This document shows, in pieces, positions 30,021 to 40,099 of a DNA stretch of 64,000 bases. The stretch lies in the NCBI GenBank assembly GCA_902543405.1, contig CACBYC010000002.1:13747-77746 (forward strand), read 5' to 3'. A program made the position numbers and the translations under genes. Within the stretch, counting starts at the first letter, position 1; each line of letters opens with the position of its first letter. The notes beneath the pieces were generated by a model. The model was not told where the DNA came from, searched no databases, and saw only the letters and a list, made by a program, of their open reading frames with translations. This DNA comes from an uncultured Pelagibacteraceae bacterium (GTDB lineage Bacteria > Pseudomonadota > Alphaproteobacteria > Pelagibacterales > Pelagibacteraceae).

Positions 30021-30783
30021 TTTTTTCTACCGAACTATTATTTTTAATATTTATTTTTTTTTTAATAAACTTTATTCCTTTTAACCATAGTTTAAATGCC
30101 TCATAGTGGATTGCGACAATAACTTTAAATGTCATCAAGGGGTGAAAAATATAGGAAACGAATAGATTTTTATTACTAAATTCTTTTGCAGTACCGTCCT
30201 GGGATGCGAATAAAAGTTTACCATCATTATCAGATTGGTCAATTATAACTGATATTTTGTCTGAGGGTTTATTTACTTTAAATTTGTAATTACACTCCAT
30301 ATCTATGAAAGGCGATACATGAAATTTTTTTACACAACTATTTCTTAAAGTTTCATTATCTTCAGCTTTGAAAATGTATGTGTGTTGTTCACCAAATGTA
30401 TTTTTAACCTCATAAAATAAAGAGATTATCTTATCGTACTTATCATATATAAAGAAAACACTTAGAGGATTAAATACATAACCCAATATTCTTGGATAAC
30501 AGAATAATTTGATTTTAACGTCTTTATTGTCGATACCAATATTTTCTAGTTTTTTTTTTACCCAGTTTTTTAAAGAGGTACCATCTCTATCCCCATGGTC
30601 TTTATCAAAAAAACTAATGATATTGAATTTATTATATGAAAATATTTTAATTTTATTATCAATTTCATTTAAATCATCTAAGTCTATTAGTAATGAAAAA
30701 ACCCTATATTTGAAATAATGATTTTTAGGTTTAAATCGTCTATGTATTACTTTTCCTACGTATATCTTAGAGTTTTTAAGCAT
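30007..30783 (-). CDS. DUF1365 family protein (UfaO-like)
   Basis: PRILGYVFNPLS, EVKNTFGEQH.Y, KKFHVSPF, IHYEA.KLW.KG. Confidence 0.9.
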   Translation of the reverse strand: MLKNSKIYVGKVIHRRFKPKNHYFKYRVFSLLIDLDDLNEIDNKIKIFSYNKFNIISFFDKDHGDRDGTSLKNWVKKKLENIGIDNKDVKIKLFCYPRILGYVFNPLSVFFIYDKYDKIISLFYEVKNTFGEQHTYIFKAEDNETLRNSCVKKFHVSPFIDMECNYKFKVNKPSDKISVIIDQSDNDGKLLFASQDGTAKEFSNKNLFVSYIFHPLMTFKVIVAIHYEAFKLWLKGIKFIKKKINIKNNSSVEKSEFE

Positions 30784-32014
30784 TTATATACTTAATCATA
30801 TCTATTGATGATTTTATACCATCTTCATGAAATCCATATCCAAAATAACTACCACAAAATAAAATATTATTTTTATTTTGAATCAGGTGAAGATCTTTCT
30901 GGCTATTGATTGCATTTTGATCAAAGTAAGGGTGTGTAAATATAACTTTTCGGATTATCTTATCTTCGGGTATCTCTACATAAGGATTTAATGTTAAAAA
31001 AATATTTTTATTTATATTCAAATTTTGTAATAGGTTTAACCAATAAGTAATCGAATTTTTTTCACTATTCTCAGATTCAATCGAGGAATTCCATGAACAC
31101 CAAGCACTTTTATTATTTGGCATATAACTTATATCCTCATGGACTATAGCCTCATTTGTTTTATATTTAAAATTACTTAAGATCTTATTTTCTATTTCTT
31201 CAGGATTTTCAATTAAAGAGAGAGCTTGATTAGCATGAGTGGCCAATACAACTTTATCGTAAGTAAAATATTCATTTTTATCTCCATAATAAACCTGAAC
31301 TCCTGATCCAATTCTTTTAATTTTATTAATATTGTAATTTTTATAATATTCTCCACTGATTTTACTTAGAATTTTATCTACATATGTTCTACTTCTTTTG
31401 GAAACTGTAAACCATTGTGGTCGATCTTTTAATTTGAATAATCCATGATTTTGAAAAAATTTAAAAAAAAATTTCAATGGCATTTGTTTTGCCTCGTAAG
31501 GGGGCATTGACCATATAGCTGATACCATAGGAATAATATGAAATTTGATAAAGTACTCTGACAATTTTAAATTGTCTAAATAGCTGCCTAAAGTAATATT
31601 TTCGTTAATTGGATCTTGGTTTTCACTTTGTTTATAAAAACTGATTATAGTAAAAAACATCTTCAAAAATTTTATATTTAACAAGTTTGATTTATTGCTA
31701 AAAATTCCTGAAAGACCTTTTCCACAATATTCTATATTTGAGTCTCTAACGGATACTGAGAATGACATATTGCTTCTTTCGATAGCAATATCATTTTCTT
31801 GAAAAAAATTTATTAAATTTGGATAAGTTTTTTTATTAAATACAATAAAGCCTATATCAACAGGGACTATATTATCTTCGACATTAACATCAATAGTATG
31901 AGAATGACCTCCAAAATGGTCTTCTTTCTCAAATAGATCTACTTTATATTTTTTAGATAAACTGTACGCTGCACTTAGACCTGATATACCAGAGCCTATA
32001 ATAGCAAATTTCAT
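30776..32014 (-). CDS. FAD/NAD(P)-binding oxidoreductase (UfaD-like)
   Basis: IIGSGISGL, VDIGFIVFN..TYPN, GYGFHEDG. Confidence 0.88.
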   Translation of the reverse strand: MKFAIIGSGISGLSAAYSLSKKYKVDLFEKEDHFGGHSHTIDVNVEDNIVPVDIGFIVFNKKTYPNLINFFQENDIAIERSNMSFSVSVRDSNIEYCGKGLSGIFSNKSNLLNIKFLKMFFTIISFYKQSENQDPINENITLGSYLDNLKLSEYFIKFHIIPMVSAIWSMPPYEAKQMPLKFFFKFFQNHGLFKLKDRPQWFTVSKRSRTYVDKILSKISGEYYKNYNINKIKRIGSGVQVYYGDKNEYFTYDKVVLATHANQALSLIENPEEIENKILSNFKYKTNEAIVHEDISYMPNNKSAWCSWNSSIESENSEKNSITYWLNLLQNLNINKNIFLTLNPYVEIPEDKIIRKVIFTHPYFDQNAINSQKDLHLIQNKNNILFCGSYFGYGFHEDGIKSSIDMIKYINA

Positions 32015-32892
32015 TATTGAGGATTATATTTATTTTCTTTTGTAAAGGATGAGACAAATTGTAGAAAAACTGCAAAAATTATAATGCTTCCTCCTATTAA
32101 TACGTAGAATGAAGGGTTTTCATTTACAAATAGCCAAGCCCAAAGAGGACCAAGTATCGCCTCTGTAAGCATTATTATGCCAACCATAGCTGATAGAGTT
32201 TTTCTCGCACCAATTGTTATAAAAATAAAGCCAAGTCCTATTTGAAATGTCCCAGACAAAAATGCCAAAAACATATCATTTAAAGATATAGAAATTTTTG
32301 TTGAAGCTAAAAAACCTATTATCATTGCAACTATTCCAGCAACTAATTGTAGGGGCACCATATCTACATGAGGATATCTTCTTACAATTAAAATTAGAGA
32401 TGCAAAGGTAATTGGCATTACAAAGGCAACGATATTTCCAGACATTTGTCCACTTGATAGAGTATTTCCTAGCATTAAAATTAATCCAGAAATTGCTAAA
32501 ATGATAGAAGCTAAAGTAATTTTTGAAATTTTTTCTTTTAAAAAAAAATATCCAAATATCGCTAAGAAAATTGTTTGTGTTTGTATTATGAAGTTTGTAT
32601 TTGCAACAGTAGTATTATACATAGCAAAAACGTAACTGCTAAATCCAATGCCTAATATAATTCCACCAATTAAGCCAGGAATTCCCGATACATAAATTTT
32701 TTTAAATACCTCTTTTTTGTAAGTTGCAATTAAAAAAAAAGTTACAACAATTATAAAAAAAACCTGTCTCCAAAATAAGATTTGCCATAAAGTTGATCCT
32801 TCAAATGATTTAACAATCAACCCACCAAAACTAAGACAAAATGCACCAAAAAAGATTAATAATGGACCTGGTATCTTTGAAATAAAATTCAT
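32014..32892 (-). CDS. DMT/EamA family transporter
   Basis: Multi-TM, LTEAILGPLWAWL...E.P. Confidence 0.85.
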   Translation of the reverse strand: MNFISKIPGPLLIFFGAFCLSFGGLIVKSFEGSTLWQILFWRQVFFIIVVTFFLIATYKKEVFKKIYVSGIPGLIGGIILGIGFSSYVFAMYNTTVANTNFIIQTQTIFLAIFGYFFLKEKISKITLASIILAISGLILMLGNTLSSGQMSGNIVAFVMPITFASLILIVRRYPHVDMVPLQLVAGIVAMIIGFLASTKISISLNDMFLAFLSGTFQIGLGFIFITIGARKTLSAMVGIIMLTEAILGPLWAWLFVNENPSFYVLIGGSIIIFAVFLQFVSSFTKENKYNPQ

Positions 32893-33848
32893 TTAATATT
32901 GGAAATCAAATTTTGAGTTTCCATCTCATACAACTTAAAAATAGTTTCTGCATCTTTTAAATTAATTTCTTTAAATTTAATTTTTGATCCTGGAGGTATT
33001 TGTACTAGTTTGTCATAATCAGCGCTTATTACAACTCCGATCTTAGGGTAACCACCTATGGTTCCATGATCAGATAGCATAATTATTGGATCCCCATCTG
33101 CTGTGATTTGGATAACACCCTTCACTAATCCTTCTGACTTTATATTTGTATTTTTAATATTACTAATCTTAGGTCCTTTAAGTCTTATACCCATACGGTC
33201 ACTTAATTTGGTTACATTAAATTCATCACTAAAAAATGAATCTATTGCATCCTTTGAAAAATAATCAAAATGAGGTCCTTTTATTATTCTAATATTTTCA
33301 ATTTTAGAATTTAGGTATTCTATTTTATTTTTTGGCAGGATTTTTTTTATATTTTTTAAATGAATTGTTTGTCCTTTCTTAAGTTTTTCTCCACTATTAG
33401 CACCAATTTTAGCCTTAGTATTTGTAGAACAACTATTTAAATAATAATCTACCTCAAATGTGCCTCCAATAGATAAATAACCATATACTGATCGATTGGT
33501 AGACAGTATATCTAAGCAATCATTATTCTCTAAAATAATATTTTCGTAACAACTAAATTCTAAATTTTTGTTTTTTCTTATAATTTTAAAATTAACATCT
33601 CCAGTAACATTGATGGAGATATTTTCTCCTATATATTTCAATTTTGGACCTTGATATGCAAATTCAACAACCGGATTATTTATTTCATTGTTTGAAATGG
33701 TATTTGCTAATAAAAAATTCCTATTATCCATTGCTCCACTAAAAGGTATGCCTATATGATAAAAATTATTTCTACCGTTATCTTGAAATGTAGAATTGAT
33801 ACCTGGTCGTAATACCTCAAAATAATTTTTATTCATATTTTTTTTCAT
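32889..33848 (-). CDS. pxpC: 5-oxoprolinase subunit C
   Basis: QDNGR...GIPFSGAMD, SDRMGIRL, TIGGYPKIG. Confidence 0.85.
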   Translation of the reverse strand: MKKNMNKNYFEVLRPGINSTFQDNGRNNFYHIGIPFSGAMDNRNFLLANTISNNEINNPVVEFAYQGPKLKYIGENISINVTGDVNFKIIRKNKNLEFSCYENIILENNDCLDILSTNRSVYGYLSIGGTFEVDYYLNSCSTNTKAKIGANSGEKLKKGQTIHLKNIKKILPKNKIEYLNSKIENIRIIKGPHFDYFSKDAIDSFFSDEFNVTKLSDRMGIRLKGPKISNIKNTNIKSEGLVKGVIQITADGDPIIMLSDHGTIGGYPKIGVVISADYDKLVQIPPGSKIKFKEINLKDAETIFKLYEMETQNLISNIK

Positions 33849-34503
33849 ACTCTAGTTTAGAAATTGGATAAAATGATATTGTATCACCTGGATTAATTAG
33901 ATTGGGCTCAGTATTTTTTTTATTATCAAAAATATCAACTGGTGTTTTGCCAATTATATTCCAACCACCTGGACTTTCAAAAGTATAAATATTACAAAAT
34001 TGCTCTGTTATACCTATGGAATTTTTTGGGACCTTAACTCTTGGTGTTTCTAAACGCTTTGCAAAAAGAGATTTATCCATATCTCCCAAGAATGGCATGC
34101 CCGCAATAAAACCTGTCATATAACAATAATAATTTTTTGAAAAGAATGTTTCATAAATTTTTGCTTCATTTATCTTTAATAATTTTTGTAAACGTTTTAT
34201 ATCTAGTGCAAATTCCTCTGCACAACAAACTGGGATTTTAATTAGATTATTTTTTGAATTATTATTTTTTTTTAACTCTAGATTTTCAACTTGTTTTTTT
34301 AATTTAGCAAAACTCGTAAGTTTTAAATCGAAACTAATTACTAGTTTATTATAACTAGGTGTAATATTTGTAATACCTAAAAAATTACTATCTCTTAAAT
34401 TATTAAAATAATTTATAACATTTCTGTTAATTTCTTTATTTACCTCAGTACCAAAGTCACAGTACAATGCTGCGTCACCAAGATTTGATATATTTTTAAT
34501 CAT
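33829..34503 (-). CDS. pxpB: 5-oxoprolinase subunit B
   Basis: GFIAGMPFLG, PRVKVP..SIGI, SPGGWNIIG.T. Confidence 0.87.
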   Translation of the reverse strand: MIKNISNLGDAALYCDFGTEVNKEINRNVINYFNNLRDSNFLGITNITPSYNKLVISFDLKLTSFAKLKKQVENLELKKNNNSKNNLIKIPVCCAEEFALDIKRLQKLLKINEAKIYETFFSKNYYCYMTGFIAGMPFLGDMDKSLFAKRLETPRVKVPKNSIGITEQFCNIYTFESPGGWNIIGKTPVDIFDNKKNTEPNLINPGDTISFYPISKLEYEKKYE

Positions 34504-34530
34504 GTCATGTTATACTTTAAGCTTTAAAGT

Positions 34531-35304
34531 ATGGAAATTAATTTAAATTGTGATTTAGGTGAAAAATCAAAGCATCATTCAAATGAGAATGATCCTGATT
34601 TACTCAAAATAGTAAATTCTGCAAATGTGGCTTGTGGGTACCACGCTGGAGATGAGGAAACTATGAGAGAAGTTGTAGAAATTTCAAAGCAAAATAATGT
34701 AAGTATTGGTGCACATCCATCTTTCAATGATCCAGAAAACTTTGGAAGAAAACGGATTAATCTTGGTGCTGATGAAATTTCTAAGCTTTTAATAGATCAA
34801 TATGAAATTTTGCAAAATATTGCCATTAAATTAGATGAAAAGGTTTCTCATATTAAACCACATGGAGCCTTAAATAATATGGCTTGTGAGGACCTTGAAC
34901 TAGCAACAATTTTGGCAAAAACTATTTATAGTATTGATAAAGATATAATTTATTTAGTACCGACAGGTTCAAAAATGGAAATTGCAGCCAAAAAATTAAA
35001 TATGAAAATTGCATGTGAAATTTTCGCAGATAGAAATTATGAAGACGATGGAACACTTGTGTCAAGAGGTAAGGACCATGCCCTAATAATTGATCCTGAG
35101 CGAGCTAAAGAACATGTATTCAGTATGGTAAAAAACCAAACCCTTAATTGTCACAGTGGAAAACAAATACCTTGTGAAATCGATTCAATTTGCATACATG
35201 GAGATAATGCAAGTTCTCTTTCTACTGCAAAACAAGTAAGAGAAAACTTGATAAAAAATAATTTAGAATTAAAACCTCTAAATAAAATGAAAAAATTTAT
35301 ATAA
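34531..35304 (+). CDS. pxpA: 5-oxoprolinase subunit A (LamB/YcsF)
   Basis: LNCDLGE, SANVACGYHAGD, HIKPHGAL, FADRNY, ICIHGD. Confidence 0.93.
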   Translation: MEINLNCDLGEKSKHHSNENDPDLLKIVNSANVACGYHAGDEETMREVVEISKQNNVSIGAHPSFNDPENFGRKRINLGADEISKLLIDQYEILQNIAIKLDEKVSHIKPHGALNNMACEDLELATILAKTIYSIDKDIIYLVPTGSKMEIAAKKLNMKIACEIFADRNYEDDGTLVSRGKDHALIIDPERAKEHVFSMVKNQTLNCHSGKQIPCEIDSICIHGDNASSLSTAKQVRENLIKNNLELKPLNKMKKFI

Positions 35305-35306
35305 TT

Positions 35307-35786
35307 ATGATTAAAAAAATATTTACTCTTTTCATATTCTTTTTTTTAACTGTTGAAACTTTTGCTGCTGGAACAAGTTCATCAGATAAAAAACCGAGCT
35401 ATAAAAATGCTGTAAAAATAATTGAAGCAGCTAAGAAATATGAGTCCAAAAATAAAATGGATAAAGCATTAAAAAGATACGAAAAAGCTCAAAAAATTTT
35501 ATTAAAACTCGACAAAGAAAAGCCCTTACAAGCTGACACACTAAACTACCTGGGTTTTACAACTAGAAAACTTGGGGACTTTGAAGCAGGAGAGAAATAT
35601 TACTTACTAGGACTACAAGTTGAACCAAATCATGTTGGGATAAATGAATACTTAGGTGAATTATATGTCGTTACAAACAGAATAGATTTGGCAAAAGAAA
35701 GACTAGAAGTTTTAAAAGGTTGTAATTGTGAAGAGTATCAAGAATTAAAAGAAATTATAGACGGATCAAAAAAATCAAAATATTAG
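35307..35786 (+). CDS. Exported TPR protein
   Basis: Signal peptide; ADTLNYLGF..RKLG, EYLGELY. Confidence 0.82.
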   Translation: MIKKIFTLFIFFFLTVETFAAGTSSSDKKPSYKNAVKIIEAAKKYESKNKMDKALKRYEKAQKILLKLDKEKPLQADTLNYLGFTTRKLGDFEAGEKYYLLGLQVEPNHVGINEYLGELYVVTNRIDLAKERLEVLKGCNCEEYQELKEIIDGSKKSKY

Positions 35787-37093
35787 TTTATATTTTGAAT
35801 CATTTGCTCAGGCATCCATAAGGCTATTTGAGGAAACAAAACAATTAAGATTACCGCAAATATCATCAACAAGAATAATGGAAATGCACTCTTGGCGATG
35901 TAGCCCATATCTTTGTTAGCCATACCTTGCAAAACAAATAAATTAAATCCAACTGGAGGGGTAATTTGAGCCATTTCAACAACTATAACTAAAAATATAC
36001 CAAACCAAATCATATCAAAACCAGCCTGCCTTATCATAGGTTCGATAATAGCCATTGTAAGTACAACTGCTGATATTCCATCAAGAAACATCCCTAAAAT
36101 TATATAAAAAATCATTAATACAAAAATTAAAACATATGGTGATAATTCCATATTTTGTATCCAAATTGCTAGATTTCTAGGAAGACCAGTAAATCCCATG
36201 GCGAGTGATAAAAATGTTGCTCCAGCTAGTATGAATGCAATCATGCACGAGGTTTTTGTTGCACCAAGTAAAGATTCTTTAAAAGTTTTTAAGTTCAAAC
36301 TTTTTTGAAAATAAGAAAGTATTAAAGCTCCCACAACACCCAGAGATGCCGCTTCAGTTGCTGTTGCAATTCCAGTATAAATAGAGCCAATTACACCAAG
36401 GATTAATAAAATTACAGGTATTAACTGTTTTGATTTACTTAATTTATTTAAAAATGAGTAATTTTCTTCAGTTAACGGCATTTTATTTTTATTTAACAAA
36501 GACCAAATGATTACATAGCCCATAAAAATCAGAGCAATCATTATTCCAGGAATTATTCCAGCTATAAATAGTTTAGCAATAGACTCTTGAACAGTTACTC
36601 CATAAATAATTAGAATAATTGAAGGAGGGATTAGTAATCCTAAAGTTCCAGAGCCCGCAAGACTTCCAAGTAAAATTTTTTCAGGATATTTTCTTTTTCT
36701 TAACTCTGGAATTGACATTTTTCCAACCGTGGCGACTGTTGCAGCTGAGGATCCAGATATAGCTGCAAACAATGCACATCCAACAACATTGACATGTATT
36801 AAACCTCCAGGAAGTTTCTGTAACCAGGGAGCCAGTCCCTCAAATAAATTTTCAGATAATTTAGTTCTAAATAAAATTTCTCCCATCCATACAAAAAGAG
36901 GCAAAGCAGTCAGAGTCCATGATGATGATGCACCCCAAATTGTTGTGGCCATCGCATCTCCAACTGGTCGAGAAGTAAATAAAATCATTCCAATGGAAGA
37001 AACACCAATCATGCTTATTGCTACCCATATTCCAGAGCTTAAAAAAAGTAGTAAAACTGTAATAAAAAAAATAGCTAATAAAATTTCAATCAT
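35783..37093 (-). CDS. dctM: TRAP transporter large permease
   Basis: FAAISGSSAAT, GTLGLLIPPS, ITPPVGFNLFV. Confidence 0.93.
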   Translation of the reverse strand: MIEILLAIFFITVLLLFLSSGIWVAISMIGVSSIGMILFTSRPVGDAMATTIWGASSSWTLTALPLFVWMGEILFRTKLSENLFEGLAPWLQKLPGGLIHVNVVGCALFAAISGSSAATVATVGKMSIPELRKRKYPEKILLGSLAGSGTLGLLIPPSIILIIYGVTVQESIAKLFIAGIIPGIMIALIFMGYVIIWSLLNKNKMPLTEENYSFLNKLSKSKQLIPVILLILGVIGSIYTGIATATEAASLGVVGALILSYFQKSLNLKTFKESLLGATKTSCMIAFILAGATFLSLAMGFTGLPRNLAIWIQNMELSPYVLIFVLMIFYIILGMFLDGISAVVLTMAIIEPMIRQAGFDMIWFGIFLVIVVEMAQITPPVGFNLFVLQGMANKDMGYIAKSAFPLFLLMIFAVILIVLFPQIALWMPEQMIQNIN

Positions 37094-37571
37094 TATTATA
37101 AATTTTTAAGATTAGTAGATGAAAGGCACATATAAAAAAAAGTGTTGCTCCAATAGCAACGCTACATTGAGGTATCCATATTAAAATTTCATCAGCACCT
37201 TCGCTTCTTTCCTCAAACTCATATGAGATTTTTAACATTTTGATAAAATAATATGACATATATCCTGCAAATATTGTTGTGACGACTAAGCTCCAAACTT
37301 CTAAAAATTTTTTTTTAAAACCTGTAGACTTTTCTAAAAATAATGTGATTCTTATATGACCTCCATTTACGAATGTATATGAAAGAGCAAAAAAAGATGA
37401 GGCAGCCATACAATACCCTGAGTATTCAGCTAACCCCCTTATATAAAAACCGAAAATTCTAGATGCAATTCCGGTTAATATAAAAACTGCAATAAGAATT
37501 AAAAAAACTGCAGCTATATATCCTGAATAATTATAAATACTATTTAATGATTTATTTAATTTCTGTAACAT
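37086..37571 (-). CDS. dctQ: TRAP transporter small permease
   Basis: Four TM segments, GGHIRITL. Confidence 0.9.
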   Translation of the reverse strand: MLQKLNKSLNSIYNYSGYIAAVFLILIAVFILTGIASRIFGFYIRGLAEYSGYCMAASSFFALSYTFVNGGHIRITLFLEKSTGFKKKFLEVWSLVVTTIFAGYMSYYFIKMLKISYEFEERSEGADEILIWIPQCSVAIGATLFFICAFHLLILKIYNND

Positions 37572-37601
37572 AAAAAAGGCTGTTTTTAAACAGCCTTTTT
37601 T
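37572..37601 (-). terminator. Perfect hairpin between dctP and dctQ
   Basis: AAAAAAGGCTGTTT-TT-AAACAGCCTTTTTT directly abutting the dctQ start codon. Confidence 0.8.
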
Positions 37602-37613
37602 ATTATATTTTTT

Positions 37614-38585
37614 TTATTTGTATGCGGCAAGTACGCTAGCACCTGTTTTGCCGGCTTTTTTCTTCCATTCTTTTGCCATTTTTTTTCCAACTTTTTGGAA
37701 ATGTTTTTCTAAATCAGCATTTACTTTGCCTACTACCATTCCTGCGGCAGCTAGAGCTTTTTTATCTTCAATATTTCCAACTCTAGAAAGCATCCAGCCT
37801 TTTTCTTCTGCAGCAGCGGCTTCTCTTTTAATTAATTGTTGAGTATCTGCATCTAACTTATTCCAAGATCCTCTATGCGCAACAACCATATTTTTTGGGA
37901 ACCAAGCAGCGATGTCATAGAAATATTTAACACCGTTCTCCCATATTTTGCTATTTTTGCCAGTTGTTGGAGATGTAATCATACTTTCGACTGCCCCTGT
38001 TGAAAATGCTTGACTGATTTCAGCCGCCTCAATTTTAGTTGGAGCCATACCTGTAAGCTCTGCAATTCTAATTGTTGCAGAATTATAAGCTCTAAATTTT
38101 AAACCTTCTAGATCTGAAACACTATTGATTTCATTTTTGCTATATAGTCCTTGTGCAGGCCATGGCACAGCATATAAAAATACTAATCCTTTTTGGTTTA
38201 AACTTTCAATGATTGCTGGCTTTGAAGCTTGATAAAGTTTCATAGCATCGTCATATGAAGTTGCTAAAAAAGGTTGTGAGTCAATTTCAAGAATAGGGTC
38301 AACTTTTCCCAATGCTGACATAAATCTTTCACCCATCTGTGCTTGGCCAGTTCTTACCGCTCTAAAGATTTCTCCACCTTTAAATAACGATCCACCAGGA
38401 TGTGTAACTATTGTAAGTTTTCCTCCACTTTTCTCTGAAACATTTTTAGCAAATTCTGCTGCATTTGCTGAGTGAAAGTTGCTCGCACCATAAGCTAAAG
38501 CCATATCCCACTTTTCAGAAGCATTTACATTTGCTATTAACAAGACAGAAAATAAAATAGAAAACAAAGTTTTTAAAATTTTCAT
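37614..38585 (-). CDS. dctP: TRAP substrate-binding protein, DctP6/7-like (pyroglutamate candidate)
   Basis: Signal peptide; DS.PFLA.SY, VPWPAQG, KFRAYN, QAFSTG, ITSP.TG; AGGAGG RBS. Confidence 0.9.
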   Translation of the reverse strand: MKILKTLFSILFSVLLIANVNASEKWDMALAYGASNFHSANAAEFAKNVSEKSGGKLTIVTHPGGSLFKGGEIFRAVRTGQAQMGERFMSALGKVDPILEIDSQPFLATSYDDAMKLYQASKPAIIESLNQKGLVFLYAVPWPAQGLYSKNEINSVSDLEGLKFRAYNSATIRIAELTGMAPTKIEAAEISQAFSTGAVESMITSPTTGKNSKIWENGVKYFYDIAAWFPKNMVVAHRGSWNKLDADTQQLIKREAAAAEEKGWMLSRVGNIEDKKALAAAGMVVGKVNADLEKHFQKVGKKMAKEWKKKAGKTGASVLAAYK

Positions 38586-38699
38586 TAATCCTCCTTAATT
38601 TTTAAAAAATACATCTCATTATGTATTATTTATTAAATCAATAAAAATTTTCCCATGATTTATTGAAAAATTTGAAATTGTTACTATTATATTGTTATC

Positions 38700-39314
38700 T
38701 TGATAGAAGAAGCCCTTATTTTACTGCAAATTATCTTTATAGATATTATATTGGCAGCTGATAACGCCATAATAATTGGTCTAATTGCGTCTAATTTTGT
38801 CCCAAAGAATAGAAAAAAAATCATATTTTGGGGAGTGGTTGGAGCTTTAATTTTTAAAGTTTTATTTGCAGTATTTGCGACCTATTTATTCAAATTTTAC
38901 TTTATAAAAATTCTTGGAGGTTTGCTTCTAATTTGGATAGTAAATGATCTTAGAAAAGATCTTTTACAAGCTCAGAGACAAATTAAATCACCAACAAAAA
39001 AATCCTTAGAACCTTCATTTGCAAAGGGTATGTATAAAGTGCTTTTCGCAGATATAACAATTAGTTTTGATAATGTTATAGGTGTTGTTGGTGCTTCTAA
39101 GGGTAACTTTGGGTTTATGATTTTTGGTTTAATTTTATCTGTAGTCCTCACAGGTGCTATGGCCACTTATTTAGCTAATTATATTCAGAAACATTTATGG
39201 GTCGTCTATATTGGAATAGTAGTTATTCTTATACTTGCAATACAGCTTATTATTGGTGGACTTGTTGACTTAGAAATTCTGAAAATTAATGAGGAATTTA
39301 AAAAGTATTTTTAG
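38700..39314 (+). CDS. TerC/YjbE family membrane protein
   Basis: DIILAADNAIIIG, ADITISFDNV.GV. Confidence 0.87.
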   Translation: MIEEALILLQIIFIDIILAADNAIIIGLIASNFVPKNRKKIIFWGVVGALIFKVLFAVFATYLFKFYFIKILGGLLLIWIVNDLRKDLLQAQRQIKSPTKKSLEPSFAKGMYKVLFADITISFDNVIGVVGASKGNFGFMIFGLILSVVLTGAMATYLANYIQKHLWVVYIGIVVILILAIQLIIGGLVDLEILKINEEFKKYF

Positions 39315-40090
39315 TAAGAATGCTTTAATGATGGATATGAGCCTCTTTTCACGTCTGACCCAAATTTTTTAACTGCATTTCGAATATTAATTTTAAAATT
39401 AGCATATTTCTTAACAAATTTTATTTTACTATTAGTCAAACCTAATAAATCGTCTAAAACTAAAATCTGACCATCACAAAACTTTGATGATCCAATTCCT
39501 ATTGTTGGAATTTCAATCGTCTCAGTAATTTTTTTTGAAAGTTTTTTCTCAATACATTCTAGTACAATAGCAAAAACACCTGCCTCTTCTAAGATTTTTG
39601 AGTCTTTTAATAAATTTTTTTTTTCTTTTTCAGTCTTACCTTTATATCTAAATCTACCTCTTTGAGATTGTGGAGTTATACCTATGTGACCCATTACTGG
39701 AATTTTATTATTTACTAAATGTTTAATTATATCTTTTATCTTACTACCTCCTTCTAATTTGATACCATCACATTTTGTTTCTTTAATTATTTTTTTACAA
39801 TTTTTTAGCGCCTGCAATTTATTTTTATAAGTATTAAATGGCATATCTACAATCATTAAACTTTTTTTTACTCCTTTTCTTACACTTTTAGAATGTTCAA
39901 TCATCATAGATAGATTTACTTTTCTTGTTGTATCAAAATTATATAGAACAGAACCTAAGGAGTCTCCAACGAGTACAAGGTCTGTGTATTTATCAACTTC
40001 TTCAGCAATATTTTTCGAGTAGGCTGTTAAGCAGACTATTTTTGACTTATTTTTTTTTTTTAATATAAGCCTACTTATTTTCGAAGGCAT
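39311..40090 (-). CDS. panB: 3-methyl-2-oxobutanoate hydroxymethyltransferase
   Basis: CLTAY, LVGDSLG, KLEGG, MGHIGITPQ, CDGQILV. Confidence 0.95.
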   Translation of the reverse strand: MPSKISRLILKKKNKSKIVCLTAYSKNIAEEVDKYTDLVLVGDSLGSVLYNFDTTRKVNLSMMIEHSKSVRKGVKKSLMIVDMPFNTYKNKLQALKNCKKIIKETKCDGIKLEGGSKIKDIIKHLVNNKIPVMGHIGITPQSQRGRFRYKGKTEKEKKNLLKDSKILEEAGVFAIVLECIEKKLSKKITETIEIPTIGIGSSKFCDGQILVLDDLLGLTNSKIKFVKKYANFKINIRNAVKKFGSDVKRGSYPSLKHSY

Positions 40091-40099
40091 AAATATTTA

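Noticed and set aside
6579-32892. Four DMT transporter genes as a recent amplification
   Set aside because: The proteins are highly divergent and sit in different operons; ordinary paralogs.
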